NCBI RefSeq assembly: GCF_009914755.1
Contig: NC_060934.1
DNA from: the human T2T-CHM13v2.0 reference genome, Homo sapiens
Reading direction: 5' to 3' (one strand)
DNA: 64,000 nucleotides
Within the stretch, counting starts at the first letter, position 1, and the number at the start of each line of letters is the position of its first letter. Position numbers and translations under genes: made by a program. Positions 38,643 through 53,265 of this stretch are shown here, in pieces. Below the pieces are notes generated by a model, which saw only the letters and a list, made by a program, of their open reading frames with translations, had not been told where the DNA came from and ran no database searches.

Positions 38643-38851
38643 TTAGGATTGCATTCACACACACACTCACACTCACACAAAACTCTTAAGCTTCTCCAAG
38701 AGTAGGGAGAGGTAAAGATAAGGAGAGCTCAGAGTTTTAGAAATAAAGCTGGGCTATCTTTCCTGGAGTGGAGATTGGGCAAGGAGGTACTAACACTAGT
38801 TAGTTTCTGTCTTAATAACTCCTTTAGGTATTGAGCTAGTCCATGAGATAA

Positions 38852-39155
<304 letters not shown>

Positions 39156-40149
39156 CCCTTTCTAGAAATTCAGAGTAGGAAAGTGACAAGTTAGTGATGG
39201 TCTTTGGGAAGATCAACTTGGCATTGCTCATTTTCTGGTTTGCAGTGGCAGAAATGGCATCTTTCCCCAGTGCCTAGCACAGGACCTGCCCTGCAGTCAG
39301 AGCTTGATGCGCATTTATTCATGCATGTGTGCATAAAGTAATGGCAAACTATTGCAATGGTGCAGAAGAGAGAGCCAGTCCCTGAGTGATGAACATGACA
39401 ATGCAAATGGAGACAAATTGCCCAACATAAAATTTCAGAGAAGTGAAAAGACTGACTAGAAGTGAGGAGTGATGGCTGCAATCTCTGTTTAGCTCCCTCC
39501 TCCCCGAAATGGGGCTATAATCGCAACCCTCTGCTGGCCTCCAGTTTCTCTGTACTGTGGCTCCCAGCACTTACAGGTACTTGCAGCAGGCAGCAGCCAG
39601 AACAGCTGCCTAACAGACACTTCTCCCTGCCCTTGGTGGCTTTTGAATGTGGAATCTGTGGTGGGCTTTGAATCATAGATGTATGGAATTGAGGAGCTGG
39701 GGGCTGGGGGACAAGAGGAGATGGAAAAATATGAAAATGATGAGTGAGGTTTCTCAGCGAGAGTGGCATTCTTGACCTCGTAGTCTAAGCTCCAGGCTCT
39801 GAGAATTTTAGGAGTAATGTAAAGACAGAGGAGTGGGACCAAGGCAGGCACTCAGGCCTGCAGACTGAGCTAACAGGTGCTGGAGTAGCTGGGAGGCACC
39901 AGCTCTGACTCAGCAACTCCTGCTCCTGGAGCCCTCATTGGCAGGGAGCTTAGGGCTGGGGAGGATGGTCTCTGCAGAGGACAGAAGATAAGATAGGCTG
40001 ACACCTCTCAGAGTTTATGGAAGATTCCAGAAGCCAGGGAAACATGCTTCTACCATCTCAGGGCACTCCTTACCTTCATTGGCCAGCCCCTTTGTGGTAG
40101 CTTTTGGGTCTACTGTTGGACCAAGAATGGGAAACATTTTTTTTTTTCA

Positions 40150-40474
40150 AAGGAATAAGTTTTCAATTCGGTGCTGCAGCCAAGGAGATAGAAACTCAGT
40201 CTCAAATCCATCTCCTTGATGGACTAAAACCAGGGTTTTATATAGCAGGGAAGAAATGTAACAATGTGTAAGAAAAGAGGAACTAGGGAGGGGCAAGGAA
40301 GCAATCATGATGAATGAGGGGTCCAAAGTCTCATTGTCTGGATGTAGTGATCTGGTGAGTTTCAGTTTTTGATATATATTTTTTAAGAGTCCTGAAAATG
40401 CTTTTCTGAGAAAGGAACTCAGATAAAACAAATACAAATTTCAAGCTTTAAAACCAGAAAGGTCAATTTCTATG
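40150..40474 (-). mobile_element. ERV1 LTR fragment (MER4/MER31-group-like)
   Basis: cagtctcaaatccatctcc...gggttttatatagcagggaagaaatgtaac; subfamily uncertain. Confidence 0.5.
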
Positions 40475-41519
40475 AAGAACGGGGAACTTATCTACAGTGT
40501 GGAAGGATGTTTTGGGCTATTGGCAGAGGCTCTGGCCAAGGCAGTCTGGACCTCATGCTACTCTTTGGTCTTTAGTTGGAGATTGCTGCTGGAGTTCATC
40601 ACTGGGTTTACCTTCCCTCTCCTCTTGGACACAGAGCCCTTTCAAGGGCCTCTTCACCAAGGTAGGTGTCACAGGTGCTCTGTGGCTGCTTTCATTTGAT
40701 GCTCTACTTGGTTTTGGCAAGTGGGTTGAAGTCCAGAGCTTTCTTTTGGGGAAGGACTATGGCATCAGATGGCAAGAAATACACTGTACTCACCTCCTGC
40801 CCGAGAAGCCTTCCCTTATTGTCCTTTTATGTGCTCAGATCTCCCTGAAGCACAAGATATTTCTCTCCTAGCCTTCTGCAGGTCAGTCTGCCATCCACAT
40901 GACACGTTGATTTCAGACATGAGTACATACTCAGCTAGTGAGTGGTCAAACACCATCAATGATAGCACTCTACCTTCATAATGATAGAGGCCACGCTGAG
41001 CTTATGAGCATAATAAAAAAAAGTAGCAATAAGCAGAGTTGGTAGTGAAGCTAGGGGAGCACACATTTTGTCATGTGCCACTGCTGTCACTTCCTCCTCC
41101 TCTTCCCTCCTTTTCCTTCTCCTTTCTCTCTCTCCCACCTTATGTCCCTCTTTCCTGTCACTTCCTCTCTCTGTCCCTCTTTCTCTCTGTCACCCAAATC
41201 ATTGCTTTAGAATTTCTTTGTTATTTCTGGGACTTCTTGGCCAGTTGCCTAACCCCGCAGATACAAACAATTTCAATAACTTGGGATCCCAGAAACACAA
41301 TGGCAAGGTTACTGGTGGGGCTGAACATTTAGAATATGCAGGAAGGTGATAAGGCTTCTGCACAAGATTTCATCATGAGCCTGTCTTGGAATGGGGCATG
41401 GCTGGGACCCTGGGGGTGGTGAATGTTGGGGCCATGGCTCTGTCCTTGCCTGCCTTGGTCTCAGGCACAGTACTTTCTCTGATATATCATCGTAATCTGC
41501 CCCAAAAATCAGTAAGTGA

Positions 41520-41850
41520 GGTGTTTTAAGAGAAGAGTATATGGACACCTATGTATCTGTCACCTAGATTCAACAACTGTTAACATTTTGCCAAATGTGC
41601 TTCTTGCTCTATTTTTTTCCTAAACCATTTCAAAGGAAATTGCAGGCATCAGAAAACTTTACCTCTAAATACTTTAGCACATGTATCTAAAAATAAAGAC
41701 CTTCTCCCATGTAACCACGATACCATTTTTCATATCTGAAGAAGTTCATAAAACCCAGTATCATTTAAAACCCAGTCCATATTCAAATGTCCCCAGTTGT
41801 TCCCCAAATGACTTTTTAAAAAATATTCAATTAAGTTTTGTGCAATGAAA
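41520..41850 (-). mobile_element. L1MC/ME 3' fragment
   Basis: cacctagattcaacaactgttaacattttgcc...cagtccatattcaaatgtccccagttgt. Confidence 0.55.
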
Positions 41851-43040
41851 TGTTCCTTTTTTTTTTTTTTGTAAGGATGTTGACACTGAGGCCTTCTCCT
41901 TCCCCTCTACCAGAAGTAAATAAACTTGCCTTAGTGAAGAACTTGCCTAACTTGCCTTAGGAAAGTTTATTCACTTCCGATGGGAGGCAAGAGGGAGATC
42001 TCAGTTTCAGCCAGTAGGTGGTGAATCTGGGGTCCCTGGCCATGGCTGTGGGAATCCAAGTCCACACATTCTACCATATTGGAAGTACCTAGATCTGGTT
42101 TCCACAGGGCAGTCACATTTCCAAAAAGAATATTCGATACCAGTCCAAGGTTGCCAACATTTTATTCTGCTAGATGCAAGCATTAAAAAAAAAAACCTGT
42201 TATCACCATCATTTAACATTAAAATAGACGTTTTAATACCAAAAGCAAGGATATAGTTCCAAAATATAGCAAAGTCTTGCAGAAGTCCAGGAATCACAGG
42301 CCTGGGAGGAGAAGATGCTACACCCACAAGATGGCCGTGCTCTTGGGTTAGGGTCTGAGGACCCAGTAGTGATGGGGGAGCTGATTTTTTGGAGATGAGG
42401 CCATTGATTGCTGCCTGAAGACCTTAGAGATTTTCACATGAACTGCTGTCACTCTCTATTCTCCTGTCCTCTGCAGGTGCAAATGTTGTTTCACCACCCC
42501 TGCCCTCCACATTTTATTATACAAATGTTCAAACACACAGCAAGGATGAAACCATTTTACAGTGAGCATTCATATTCCCACCACCTATATTCTGCCACGA
42601 CCATTTAATCAAATGGTTTTAGTGCAAGCCCAGTCCTTTCTGTGTCTCTGTTCAGTTCCACGTAATTGGAGCTTTCCTGCTCAGCTGTGGGGAGTGTTTC
42701 TGGATCCTGATTTCCTCTGGAGAAGGGTGGCCCTCCCTCCAGGTTGCATCATTTCTGTCTGAGAGGGGAGATGTGATCGCATGCTGGCCTCCCACCCTGC
42801 GTGGAACCTGACTATGAGCTCGTATTGCATTCACACACTCACCTAACTACAAGCTCCCATTTCATTCTCACAACTGACCGTGAGTGTCTATTTCATTTGC
42901 ACACTCTCACTGTGTAGGATGTAGGTGTTATTTGCAGAACTGTCAATGTGTTGGGTGAAGGTGTTGGATGAAGGTGTGCATTTGCATGGTGAGGGCTGGC
43001 CAGTTCCAGCCCACAGGTCAGAACATCCCTCATGGATTCT

Positions 43041-43345
<305 letters not shown>

Positions 43346-44459
43346 CCCTCATGGATTCTTTATGGTCAGGCACCCATGGTGGCTTCATTCCTACCCTGGT
43401 CCTCATCCTCAGCTCCATCTTCCCATAGGCCTGGCTGAGGTGAGACACTTGCCCCTGTTTCTGCTTTAAGTGGTTGATCATTGAACTTTGCTCTCTAGGA
43501 TGTGCAGTATTTGGGATAGGGAAGGGCATTACATTGAGCAGAGGCCATGATTTCTCACCCTGCCAGCTCCTCCAAATTCTGTGTTTGGGCCATATGTGCA
43601 GGCAGCGTGGCCCAGCCCTGTGCTCCCCCATGGGACCTCTTAACCTTCCGACAAGCTCAGGACTGGACACTGCCTTGGAAGATGGGCTTGTGTGCCAACG
43701 GACCTTCATTTGCCAGGAGGTGTCTGGGGCTTCTGCCTGTTTCCGTCTTGCCACAGGAAGGTGGGCGCTGCCTCTCTTGATTTGTACATGTGAATTCATC
43801 TCTCACAGCCACTGCCTGGAGCAGTGGGTCACAGGCACGTGGAGAGAAAATGTGGGACCTACAGACATGGGGTCCAGGAGCATGGGTGAGTGGAGATGGG
43901 TCTCCAGCCTGGGGACCCAGCATGAGGGAAGAGGAACAGATCTAGAAAATGCAATGCGGGCTTCTTTCCCAGCCCAGAAGCGCTGCTTCTGACTGGACCC
44001 GGGGAGGCTGAGACCTCAGGGGTCCATCTGCAGACTGCAGGGGCCTCTCCTCATGGAGTGCGATTGGCTTTGGACCCTGGGGGGCTTCCTTGCACCCTCA
44101 AGGTGGGGGGACAAAGCCTCACAGTGTTCTGTGTGGGGACTTGATCAAAAGAAGATGGAGCCTCTGCAGTGAGTTCTAGAGGGCTTCGGCAGGTGCTTGA
44201 GTGTCCAGGCTGTCCCGCTGTCCGCTAACCCAGCCCTCAGCATCCTCAGCCTCTGCCCGGGAGGCGCTGCCTGCCAGGCAGGGAGAACCAGGTAGAGATC
44301 TCCCTGGGCAGCTTCTAGGACACCTGTACAGGGTGGACCATTCCTCAGGAGAGCTAATCAAGGACGGCCAGAAAACACCTTTCCACCTGCACCGCAAAAG
44401 TGACCAGCCTCACTGCATCCAGAGCACAGAGCACGCAGGGAGTAACCGTGAACACTCCC

Positions 44460-45493
44460 CACACACCCGTGCACAGATATCACATACACTGCACACCACA
44501 CATACTATACTGCACACATACATCATACACACATCCCATTCACACACTCCACACTCATGCACAGATATCACATACATTGCACACCACACATACATTGTAC
44601 ACACATCCCATTCACACACACCACATCCATGCACAGATATCACATACGCTGCACACCACACCACACTTACTACATACCACACATATGTCCTAGACACATC
44701 CCATTCACACACACCACACCCATGCACAGATATCACACACACCACACACCACACCATACGTACTACATACCACACATACAACATACACACATCCCATTCA
44801 CACACTACTACACCCATGCACAGATATCACATACACCACATATACTACATACCATACACATATCATACACACATCCCATTCACATACACACCACACACAA
44901 ACCACACCACCCATACCACCCATCACACACACAAACATGTATCACAATACATTACACCTCGCTCATACCACACACACACACCACCCATATCACACATACC
45001 AAACACACTATATCACACACACACCACACACCATCCATATCACACATTACACACACAGTACATCACATACATATACTACACACACACCACACACTGCACA
45101 CATACCACGCACACATCACACACACATCAAACACACCATACACATACCACACACACCACAATACACCACACACATCAAGCACACCATACATACAAACCAC
45201 ACACACACCTTACACTTACCACACACACATCAAGCACACCATACATACAAACCACACACACACCTTCCACATACCACACATACACTACTCACACACCACA
45301 CATTACACACAGCAGACATCACACACACACTAGACACATTCCGTGCACACACACCACACAGCACACACGCCACATAGCACACACACCACACATCACACAC
45401 ACCACACACCACACACACCACACACCACACATCACACACACCACACACCACGCGTACGCCACAAATGCACACTCCATACCACGTATACACACA
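44460..45493. repeat. CA-rich repeat: 5-copy minisatellite (period 72-93 bp) decaying into (CAC/ACA)n
   Basis: cacatcccattcac recurs at 44530, 44602, 44695, 44788 and 44870; gcacagatatcaca recurs five times. Confidence 0.92.
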
Positions 45494-45591
45494 CGGAGTT
45501 TCTCTGTCCTTCCCCCCGTGTTCTCCAGGGCTGACCTGTCTCCGTGTGCATTTGTGACACGCAGGCAAAGCTAAGGGAGCAACTGCAGGTG

Positions 45592-46601
45592 GCACCTCTC
45601 CGCACCTCTCTCTGCACCTCTCTCTCCGCACCTCTCCTCTCTGCACTTCTCTCTCTCTCCGCACCTCTCCTCTCCGCACCTCTCTCTCCGCACCTCTCTC
45701 CGCACCTCTCCTCTCTGCACTTCTCTCTCTCTCTGCACTTCTCTCTCCGCACCTCTCTCCGCACCTCTCCTCTCTGCACTTCTCTCTCTCTCTGCACTTC
45801 TCTCTCCGCACCTCTCCGCACCTCTCCTCTCTGCACTTCTCTCTCTCTCTGCACTTCTCTCTCTCTCCGCACCTCTCTCTCCGCACCTCTCTCCGCACCT
45901 CTCCTCTCTGCACTTCTCTCTCTCTCTGCACCTCTTCTCTCCGCACCTCTCCTCTCCGCACCTCTCTCTCTGCACCTCTCCTCTCCGCACTTCTCTCCTC
46001 TGCTCCTCTCTCTTTGCACCTCTCTCTCTGCACCTCTCTCCGCACCTCTCTCTGCACCTCTGTCTCCACACCTCTCCTCTCGGCACTTCTCTCTCTCTCT
46101 GCACCTCTTCTCTCCGCACCTCTCCTCTCCGCACCTTTCTCTCTGCACCTCTCCTCTCCGCACCTCTCTCTCTGCACCTCTTCTCTCCGCACCTCTCTCC
46201 GCACCTCTCCTCTCCGCACCTCTCTCCTCTGCTCCTCTCTCTTTGCACTTCTCTGTCTGCACCTCTCTCTCCGCACCTCTCTCTGCACCTCTGTCTCCAC
46301 ACCTCTCCTCTCCGCACCTCTCCTCTCCTCACCTCTCTCTCCGCACATCTCTCTCCACACCTCTCTCTGTAACTCTCTCCTATGCACCTCTCTCTCCGCA
46401 CCTCTCTCTCCGCACCTCTCTCTCCGCACCTCTCTCTCCGCACCTCTCTCTCTGCACCTCTCTCCTCTGTAGCTCTCTCCTCTGCACCTCTCTCTCTGCA
46501 CCTCTCTCTCTGCACCTCTCTCCTCTGTAGCTCTCTCCTCTGCACCTCTCTCTCTGCACCTCTCTTTCTTTGCACCCTTCTGCACACCTCGGCACCTCTC
46601 T
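45592..46601. repeat. CT-rich degenerate tandem repeat, unit about GCAC(C/T)TCTC(TC)0-3(C/T)
   Basis: ~1 kb of gcacctctctctct / gcacctctcctctcc units. Confidence 0.95.
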
Positions 46602-48506
46602 GCCTGAGACCAAAGAGCAGCTGCCTGAAGTTGGCAGCCAATGACATCTGAAATCCTGAGACCTCAGAATACATGATTACTAGAAAGGAGAGAGCTACTT
46701 TTTTCTGTAATTTTTAAATTCAAGAAGGTGTCTGTGTCAGAAAATTGCACACCCCTACAAACAAATGCATAGCCAAGGAGAGAACAAGAGCTCCAGATAA
46801 CAGGGAAATATTGTGCTGAGGTAAATGTCAGAGAAAAACAACTTTTAAATATATCTTCAACCAGATTTTGTAAATGTATCCTTGTAAGTGATCTTCATCT
46901 TCAGTGAGTGTAACTAATGCTTTTGAGAAAGGCAGAAAACTGAATTGAGAGACAATCCTAAATTTGTTACAATGTTATGTGATGTTCTGTACATAAAAGC
47001 AATCCCTTATTTGGAACAGAAACAAACATACAATGTGTCTTAACAGCGGATACGTTTTTCTTTCTTCTTCTACTCAGTTGAACAAATAATAATAATAATA
47101 AAACATTGGTTTCAGAAGGCTCTGTGGCATTAGCCTGCCTAGAAGTTGCATGACATCCTGGGCCCTGGTGAGGGTGGTCTCAATATCACCTGCTCAGCCC
47201 CTCCCTAGCTTGGCTCTCCGGGGTTACCTGCTCCTCTGAGGCTGTTGTCTTCCTGGGGCAGGTGATGCTCTTGGTCCATGGGTCTCCTTGTTCCAGCCTT
47301 GCAGGGGGAGATCCTGATCCCTCCCTGGTGTCCACTGGAGGAAGACGGGACAACAGGGTGGTGCAGTCCTCGTGGAGGTGCTGAATGACCTTGGTGTCTT
47401 GCTTCTCCCCTGCAGTCTCTGGTCTGCCCTTCAGGTGCAGTGGGGGAGGGGAGAGGCTGCACATCTGGGAAGCTACAGGAGAGTGATTATCTGTAAGGAT
47501 AAGTCTGGGGCTGGAAAGGAAGCTGGGCTCTCAGCAGGGAACTTTCTTTGAGCCAGTCTCTCAGGTCCAGCACCACCCCTTAGTTTCTTTATCTTTGCTG
47601 GTTTGTGGCTGACCCTGAAAAGCCACCCATTTGGCTGCTCTGGACAAAGCTGGAAGCAGCATTGCTTGCTTCTGATATGGCATTATTACAGGTGCTGGAA
47701 AGGCGAGGAAGCTTGGAGTCTTGAAAACTCTTGACTGCTTTGGAGTGGAAAAAGGAAAAATGTCAGAAAAGTTGGAGTGATGAGGATGTCAGTACATACT
47801 AGGTGCTCAATAAACATCCAGTGAAGGTGGAAAGGAGAGCAGTTTTGTCAGAGGAGATAAAAGGAGCTGCCTGTTTACAGCTTGACACCATCCTGAAGGG
47901 ATTCACACATGCTCATGGGGGCTGTAAGATGAACAGTTTCATGGGAAAATGAGGCCACTTTCATCAAACCCACAGCACCCCCTCCCCTCTGCTCTCTTGG
48001 CAGCTGTGTGGTCCCTTCTGCATCTTCACTTCTGCTCTGAGCTTTAAGGTGGCTCTTTAAAAAGGCTTCAGGGCATCAATTAGAAAAGGGTTTGCGGGCT
48101 CAGGTAGGGAAAGAATTTCTGCACAAAGCAGGAGAATTGGTCTCATAACTTAATCCATCTGGAACTAGAGAGGAAAGAAAGCATGGCTTCTGCAAAGACG
48201 GAAGAGAGACTTTCCAGCCCAAGAAGGAGAGCCATTTGTGCTTAAATATTTTCTGAATCTTTGGAATGTGTCAAAAGGAAAAAAAATCTGCTGTAACTCC
48301 ATTGTCTGATTCTGTGAGTGGAGCTTTGCATCTTGTCTTCGCTGGAACAGAGACTGCTGAAATCCAGGAATGGAGAGACCTGGGGCTATGAGGAGCTTTT
48401 GCAGAAAAGGATGGGCTTCTCCAAGTGCTCCCCAACCCAGGCTGCACACATCTACTCTGCTCATCCAACACCTAGGAAGCAGGTATGGGTTAGAAATGGC
48501 AGAACC

Positions 48507-48867
<361 letters not shown>

Positions 48868-51689
48868 TTAGTTTGGAACTTGTTTCCAGGAGATGCCTGT
48901 GCGAAATGGTGCCAGGCTCCAGCTTGGCTGGGCTTTCTTCCTGTTCTCTTTGATAGGGCCAACCAATATGTAGCTGCCCTGAAATTTGAAAATCTGGAAC
49001 AGATAAAAAAAATCTGAGCAAGATTTTTTTAATGGAAAATTTCCCAAACTGCAAAATGAAACTATTAAACTTGTCAGAGAAAGTGTGAATAAAGAGCTTT
49101 CTAATTGAAGGGAGAAATGGCTTTGGAGTGACATTTACAAACATGGGAGAAGGAGAGAAGTGTAGATGTCGTTGAGGGACAATCATGGAGCTCCTTCCGC
49201 CCTGGAGCTTGTTACCATCTTTCTTTATGTGCTGGTAGTGGCGGTGCTTGTGTTGATGTTAGTTTGCTGCCCCGCAAAGGTGATGATGTCATCTTATCCC
49301 CAGGCCTTAGAAAACCCAGTCTGGGGTGATTCAATAGTGCTAGTTGCCCAACTGTCTTCTTAAATGAGGCAAGGGCCAAGATAGTCACTAGATGATTCGA
49401 GCCCTCTGTCCATTTCTCATGTGGCAGAGACCCTGCTTATTTTTCCTCTCCGGGTCTGCTTTGAGGCCTGGTTGTGGAAAGGGGGCTTCTAGGTAGCATA
49501 GAGCCAAAGCATTCTCTTTCTGAAGTCCATAGTTGCCTTGGGAGAGGGCATGTGATGGGGACAGTCTGTGAGTAATTGAGATTGGCTAGATGACAAAGCA
49601 GGCAGTCTCCTCCCATTTGACTTCATAGTCTAAATAACCGTTGTTCCTTTTAACCCCACTGCAATGACTTAGTTCAGGCTAGAACTTTTATAAGAACCTT
49701 TATATAACTTAGGACTTTTTGGTTGTAAGTAATAGAAACTAAACTTGCAACCTTAACAACAAAAAAGAAATGCAGAAATGTATCAGACTCTCCTTCCAAC
49801 CTCATGGAATGGGAAGGAACGCCTAAAGTTGGACTTCCAGAATGGACCCAGAGACAAAGGCCGTGCAGAGTCCAGACAGTTCTCACTGGTGACCTCTCTT
49901 TGTTCCCCTCTTTGCTTCTTAATTTCTTGCAGAATAGCTCCCTCTATGCCCTAGTCAGCCTAGCAAGTAAAATCACAAGCTTCTCTTTTTTCCTGGGTTG
50001 CAGACCAGTGTCCCCAGGGAGATGGAATTCACCTTTTTTTGGTTCCCGATGCCAAGTTCCCAGGAGTGGAAGTCATTGGCCATCTCAGGCCAGATTCCCA
50101 GGCAGGCCTGAGTCTGCAGAAGGCCCTGGGAAACCCAGTTTGCATAAATTCTCATTTCTGATTTCATTTTCTGATTTCTGCACCAGGGCAGAATAAATAT
50201 ATACCTCTTACTCCACGGCAGATTCCTACTAAAGTGCTGAGTGGCTGAGCACACAAAATGCCCATTGCAATCCCCAGTGGTCCTTCTGCCTTGGCACTCT
50301 TTCCTGCACTGCCACAGGCATCTCTCTAAGACCAAGCCTGTGCTTAGGGGCCTAGCTGGCTCTATTTGCCAAAAGGAGGAATTTCTACCTCCCTGGCACT
50401 GCCGACAAGGCAGTTCAGCTCTAAGCATCTTACTTTCTGGCCAAAGACCTCAAATGCCCTCCTTGTGTGTTTGCTCATGCTGTTGGCTTTGCGCAAAATG
50501 CAAACCTTTCTCTCTTCTGTTTGATCACTCTTCATCTTTCTGGAAGCCCGCTCAGACACAGCTGTTTGTGGGCAGCCTTCCCAGGGACAGAAGCTACTCT
50601 TCCTCTGCTATCCCATGGGACAATGTGCAGATCTCCCCACTAATCCAATGTGGTGTCAGGTGCCCCTCTCTCCCAATGGAACTTGTTGTCTAGGCGGGGC
50701 TGTCCCCTCTAGAAAGTGCTTACATGTTTGTTAAAGCAAGAAATGAGTAGACAGGTGCAGTTGTTACAGTGTCACTTGTGGTCCTGGGTGCCAAGACAGG
50801 GCTAGGAGAGTTTTCTGATTAAAACTCAGAGGTGAAGCCTGTCACCCAGCAGGCTTATGTTTTAGGACTGGGTTTGGGTTTGGAGGTTGCAGAGCTGAAT
50901 GCTGCAGACCAGCTGGGGAAGGAAGGGTCGGCTTCAGGCTGTAGCCTGTGCCTTCTCCAGGGAAATTCAGGCGACGTGAGAATGGAGAACTGGAGGGCAG
51001 ACACAACAAACCCGGCTGCCCACGCCGGGAGGAGGAGTTTTCCCCAGGTGCACTCCCTCTTGCTGTGAGGCTCCAGCCAGCTCTGTGGAAGGGAGACTTG
51101 CTCCAGCCCCATGCCCTTTGAAGTGTGCATGAAACTGGGCAGTGTGAGCAGTTTTCAAGCCACGCTCAGGTTTTAAATATTTTTGCCCCTCATTGTAAAG
51201 CGATGCATGTCTATCGTGGAAAAGTTGTGAAATACTGAAAAGTCAAAAGAAGAAGAAAAGGCACCCATCAGCCCCTCATCCAGGAATAACCCCTAATTAA
51301 GCAATTGGATTTTCCTTTCTGGCTTTTTTCTGTGAATTTCTTCACAATGTTGATCTCATGTTATGATGACCACATTGTGTCCTTTGTTATTGTTGTTTGT
51401 TTTACATATAAGCATTTATTTCTGTGGCCATGAAATATAATTTTTAAGGGTTTTGTAATATTCTATTTCTGAGCAAGTCACAATTTGCTGAACAGTTTTA
51501 GGCCGGGATTTTAAGTATGTTCACAGCAACGCAACCACCCTTGGGACATGAAGAAAGGGTGGTGGTGGTCAGGACCACGCTGATTCAGGAGGGTGCCCGG
51601 AGGTGGCCCAGGATCCCACAGCATCTGGTTATGCCCTGACTGTGACTAAGAATGAAACCAGATGAAAGAGCTGACACAGAAGAAAAGGT

Positions 51690-52770
51690 ACAAATCTGGG
51701 TTACAGGAGGATGTAGGTTTGCATTCTGTTTGTCAGTTTTACTGGTTGCAGGACTTAAAGCAAGTTATTCTAGCCTGCTGGGCTTCAGTTTTTTAGTCTA
51801 AAAAATGGGGTGATAAATAATTGACTCAAAGGATTGTGCTAAAAACATAAAGTATATCATAGGCAACATGGAAGTGTTTAAATATATAACTAAAAATACA
51901 CTAAATATGTAATATGTGCTGTATGGTATAATTTCATCCTATATAAATAGAATATAGAAAATATGGTGTAAGCCCTGGAAAACAGATGTAACTTATGTGA
52001 GAGAATATAGAAAGGCCTCAGAACAGTGTTTAGCACAGAAAATAGGTCCTAATATCTGTTAGAATGAGGAGTGCTCCTTTTTGACTTAGCTGAAATGATG
52101 CATGAACAAGCTTGTTTGGAATCACTGCTGTTTCATGGACCAAATTTAACAGAGGAGGAAGGCCAGGAAAGGCCAAGTCAGTGAGCTTGGCAGTACCTGA
52201 CCTCGTCTGGTCATTTCTCTGCAGAGCTAACTCAAGCTCTCAGCTGCTTTGTTGAGCAGGGAGAGCATTTGATGGTTTTTCCCAATTTCCTCAAACCCAT
52301 GACCTCCCATTTCATTTTCCAACTGGCCATTTTCAAAGACTGAAATTATGGTTTTGTGTTTTGCTGTTGGCTCTCTGAATTGCAGAAAAAGCTTTGAAAA
52401 ATGTACTAGCTTCTGCCTGGTGGCAGAGGAGCTGGGTTGCCCTGGCACACACTAGAGGGATTATCTGGAAAATGAACACACCATCCACTGGAGTTCTCCC
52501 AGTGAAATGTCAGGCATTCAGGAATTCAGCCAGATTCCACCTGAGAGGGGGACACATGGAAAGAGCTGGGCTTCCAGACTTCAAAGTACCCCAATCTCAG
52601 GTCCCTGTGGGTGGGGACTAGTTAGAGGTGTGGCCTGAATTATAGCTTCATCACCTATAACTGTTAGGTCCTTGAGCAATTCACTTATCCTTATTATAGA
52701 ATGGGTACAATGCCACCCACGTAGTAAGGTTGTTGTGAGGACAAAGTAAGACTACATATGTAACATGTCT
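51690..52770. mobile_element. MIR fragments (about 51690-51850 and 52620-52770)
   Basis: gcaagttatt...cttcagttttttagtctaaaaaatgggg; cttgagcaattcactt...ggttgttgtgagga. Confidence 0.55.
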
Positions 52771-52844
52771 AGGAGAATTCCCTTTCCTCCCATTTCCTCC
52801 TCTCTCTGCTCAAGATGCATTCGCAGTCTGTCAGCACTAAGCTT

Positions 52845-53265
52845 TCACACACTTATGCACACAGGCACATATGCACTCAATGTATGCATACCTAGGCATG
52901 CAAACACACATACACATCCATACACAGGCATACATACACACAGGTGCATGCACAGGCACACACATGCACAGACGCAGCATGCATTCCTAGGCTCACGCTC
53001 ACACACATGCAAACATGTACACACCCACATGCAGAGTTACACGCATGCATGCACACACACATGCAAAGTTACATGCAGGCACACAGACACATTTATGCCC
53101 TCAACAAATGCATACACAGGCATGCATGCACACAGGCACATACACAAGCACACACATGCATAGGTGCAAACATGCATTCATAGGCTCACACAAATGTGCA
53201 CATGTGTGTACATCACATGCAAACTTACATATGTGCATGCACACACATGCATATATGTGCCCACG
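52845..53265. repeat. (CA/TG)-rich alternating purine-pyrimidine low-complexity tract
   Basis: cacacatgca/catgcacaca motifs throughout. Confidence 0.88.

Noticed and set aside
40472-40990. Overlapping short ORFs and a minus-strand GAG|GTGAGT donor near 40790
   Set aside because: No recognisable protein and no convincing acceptor.
44201-45574. 457-aa His/Thr-rich ORF and overlapping ORFs
   Set aside because: Open only because the CA-rich repeat has few stop codons; several frames are open; no domain.
45230-46674. Long Arg/Glu/Gly-rich minus ORFs (451, 367, 276 aa) and Leu/Ser-rich plus ORFs
   Set aside because: All frames of the CT/GA repeat are open; low-complexity artefact.
47186-47464. 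92-aa minus ORF with a possible donor near 47225
   Set aside because: No homology recognised; consistent with chance in GC-rich DNA.
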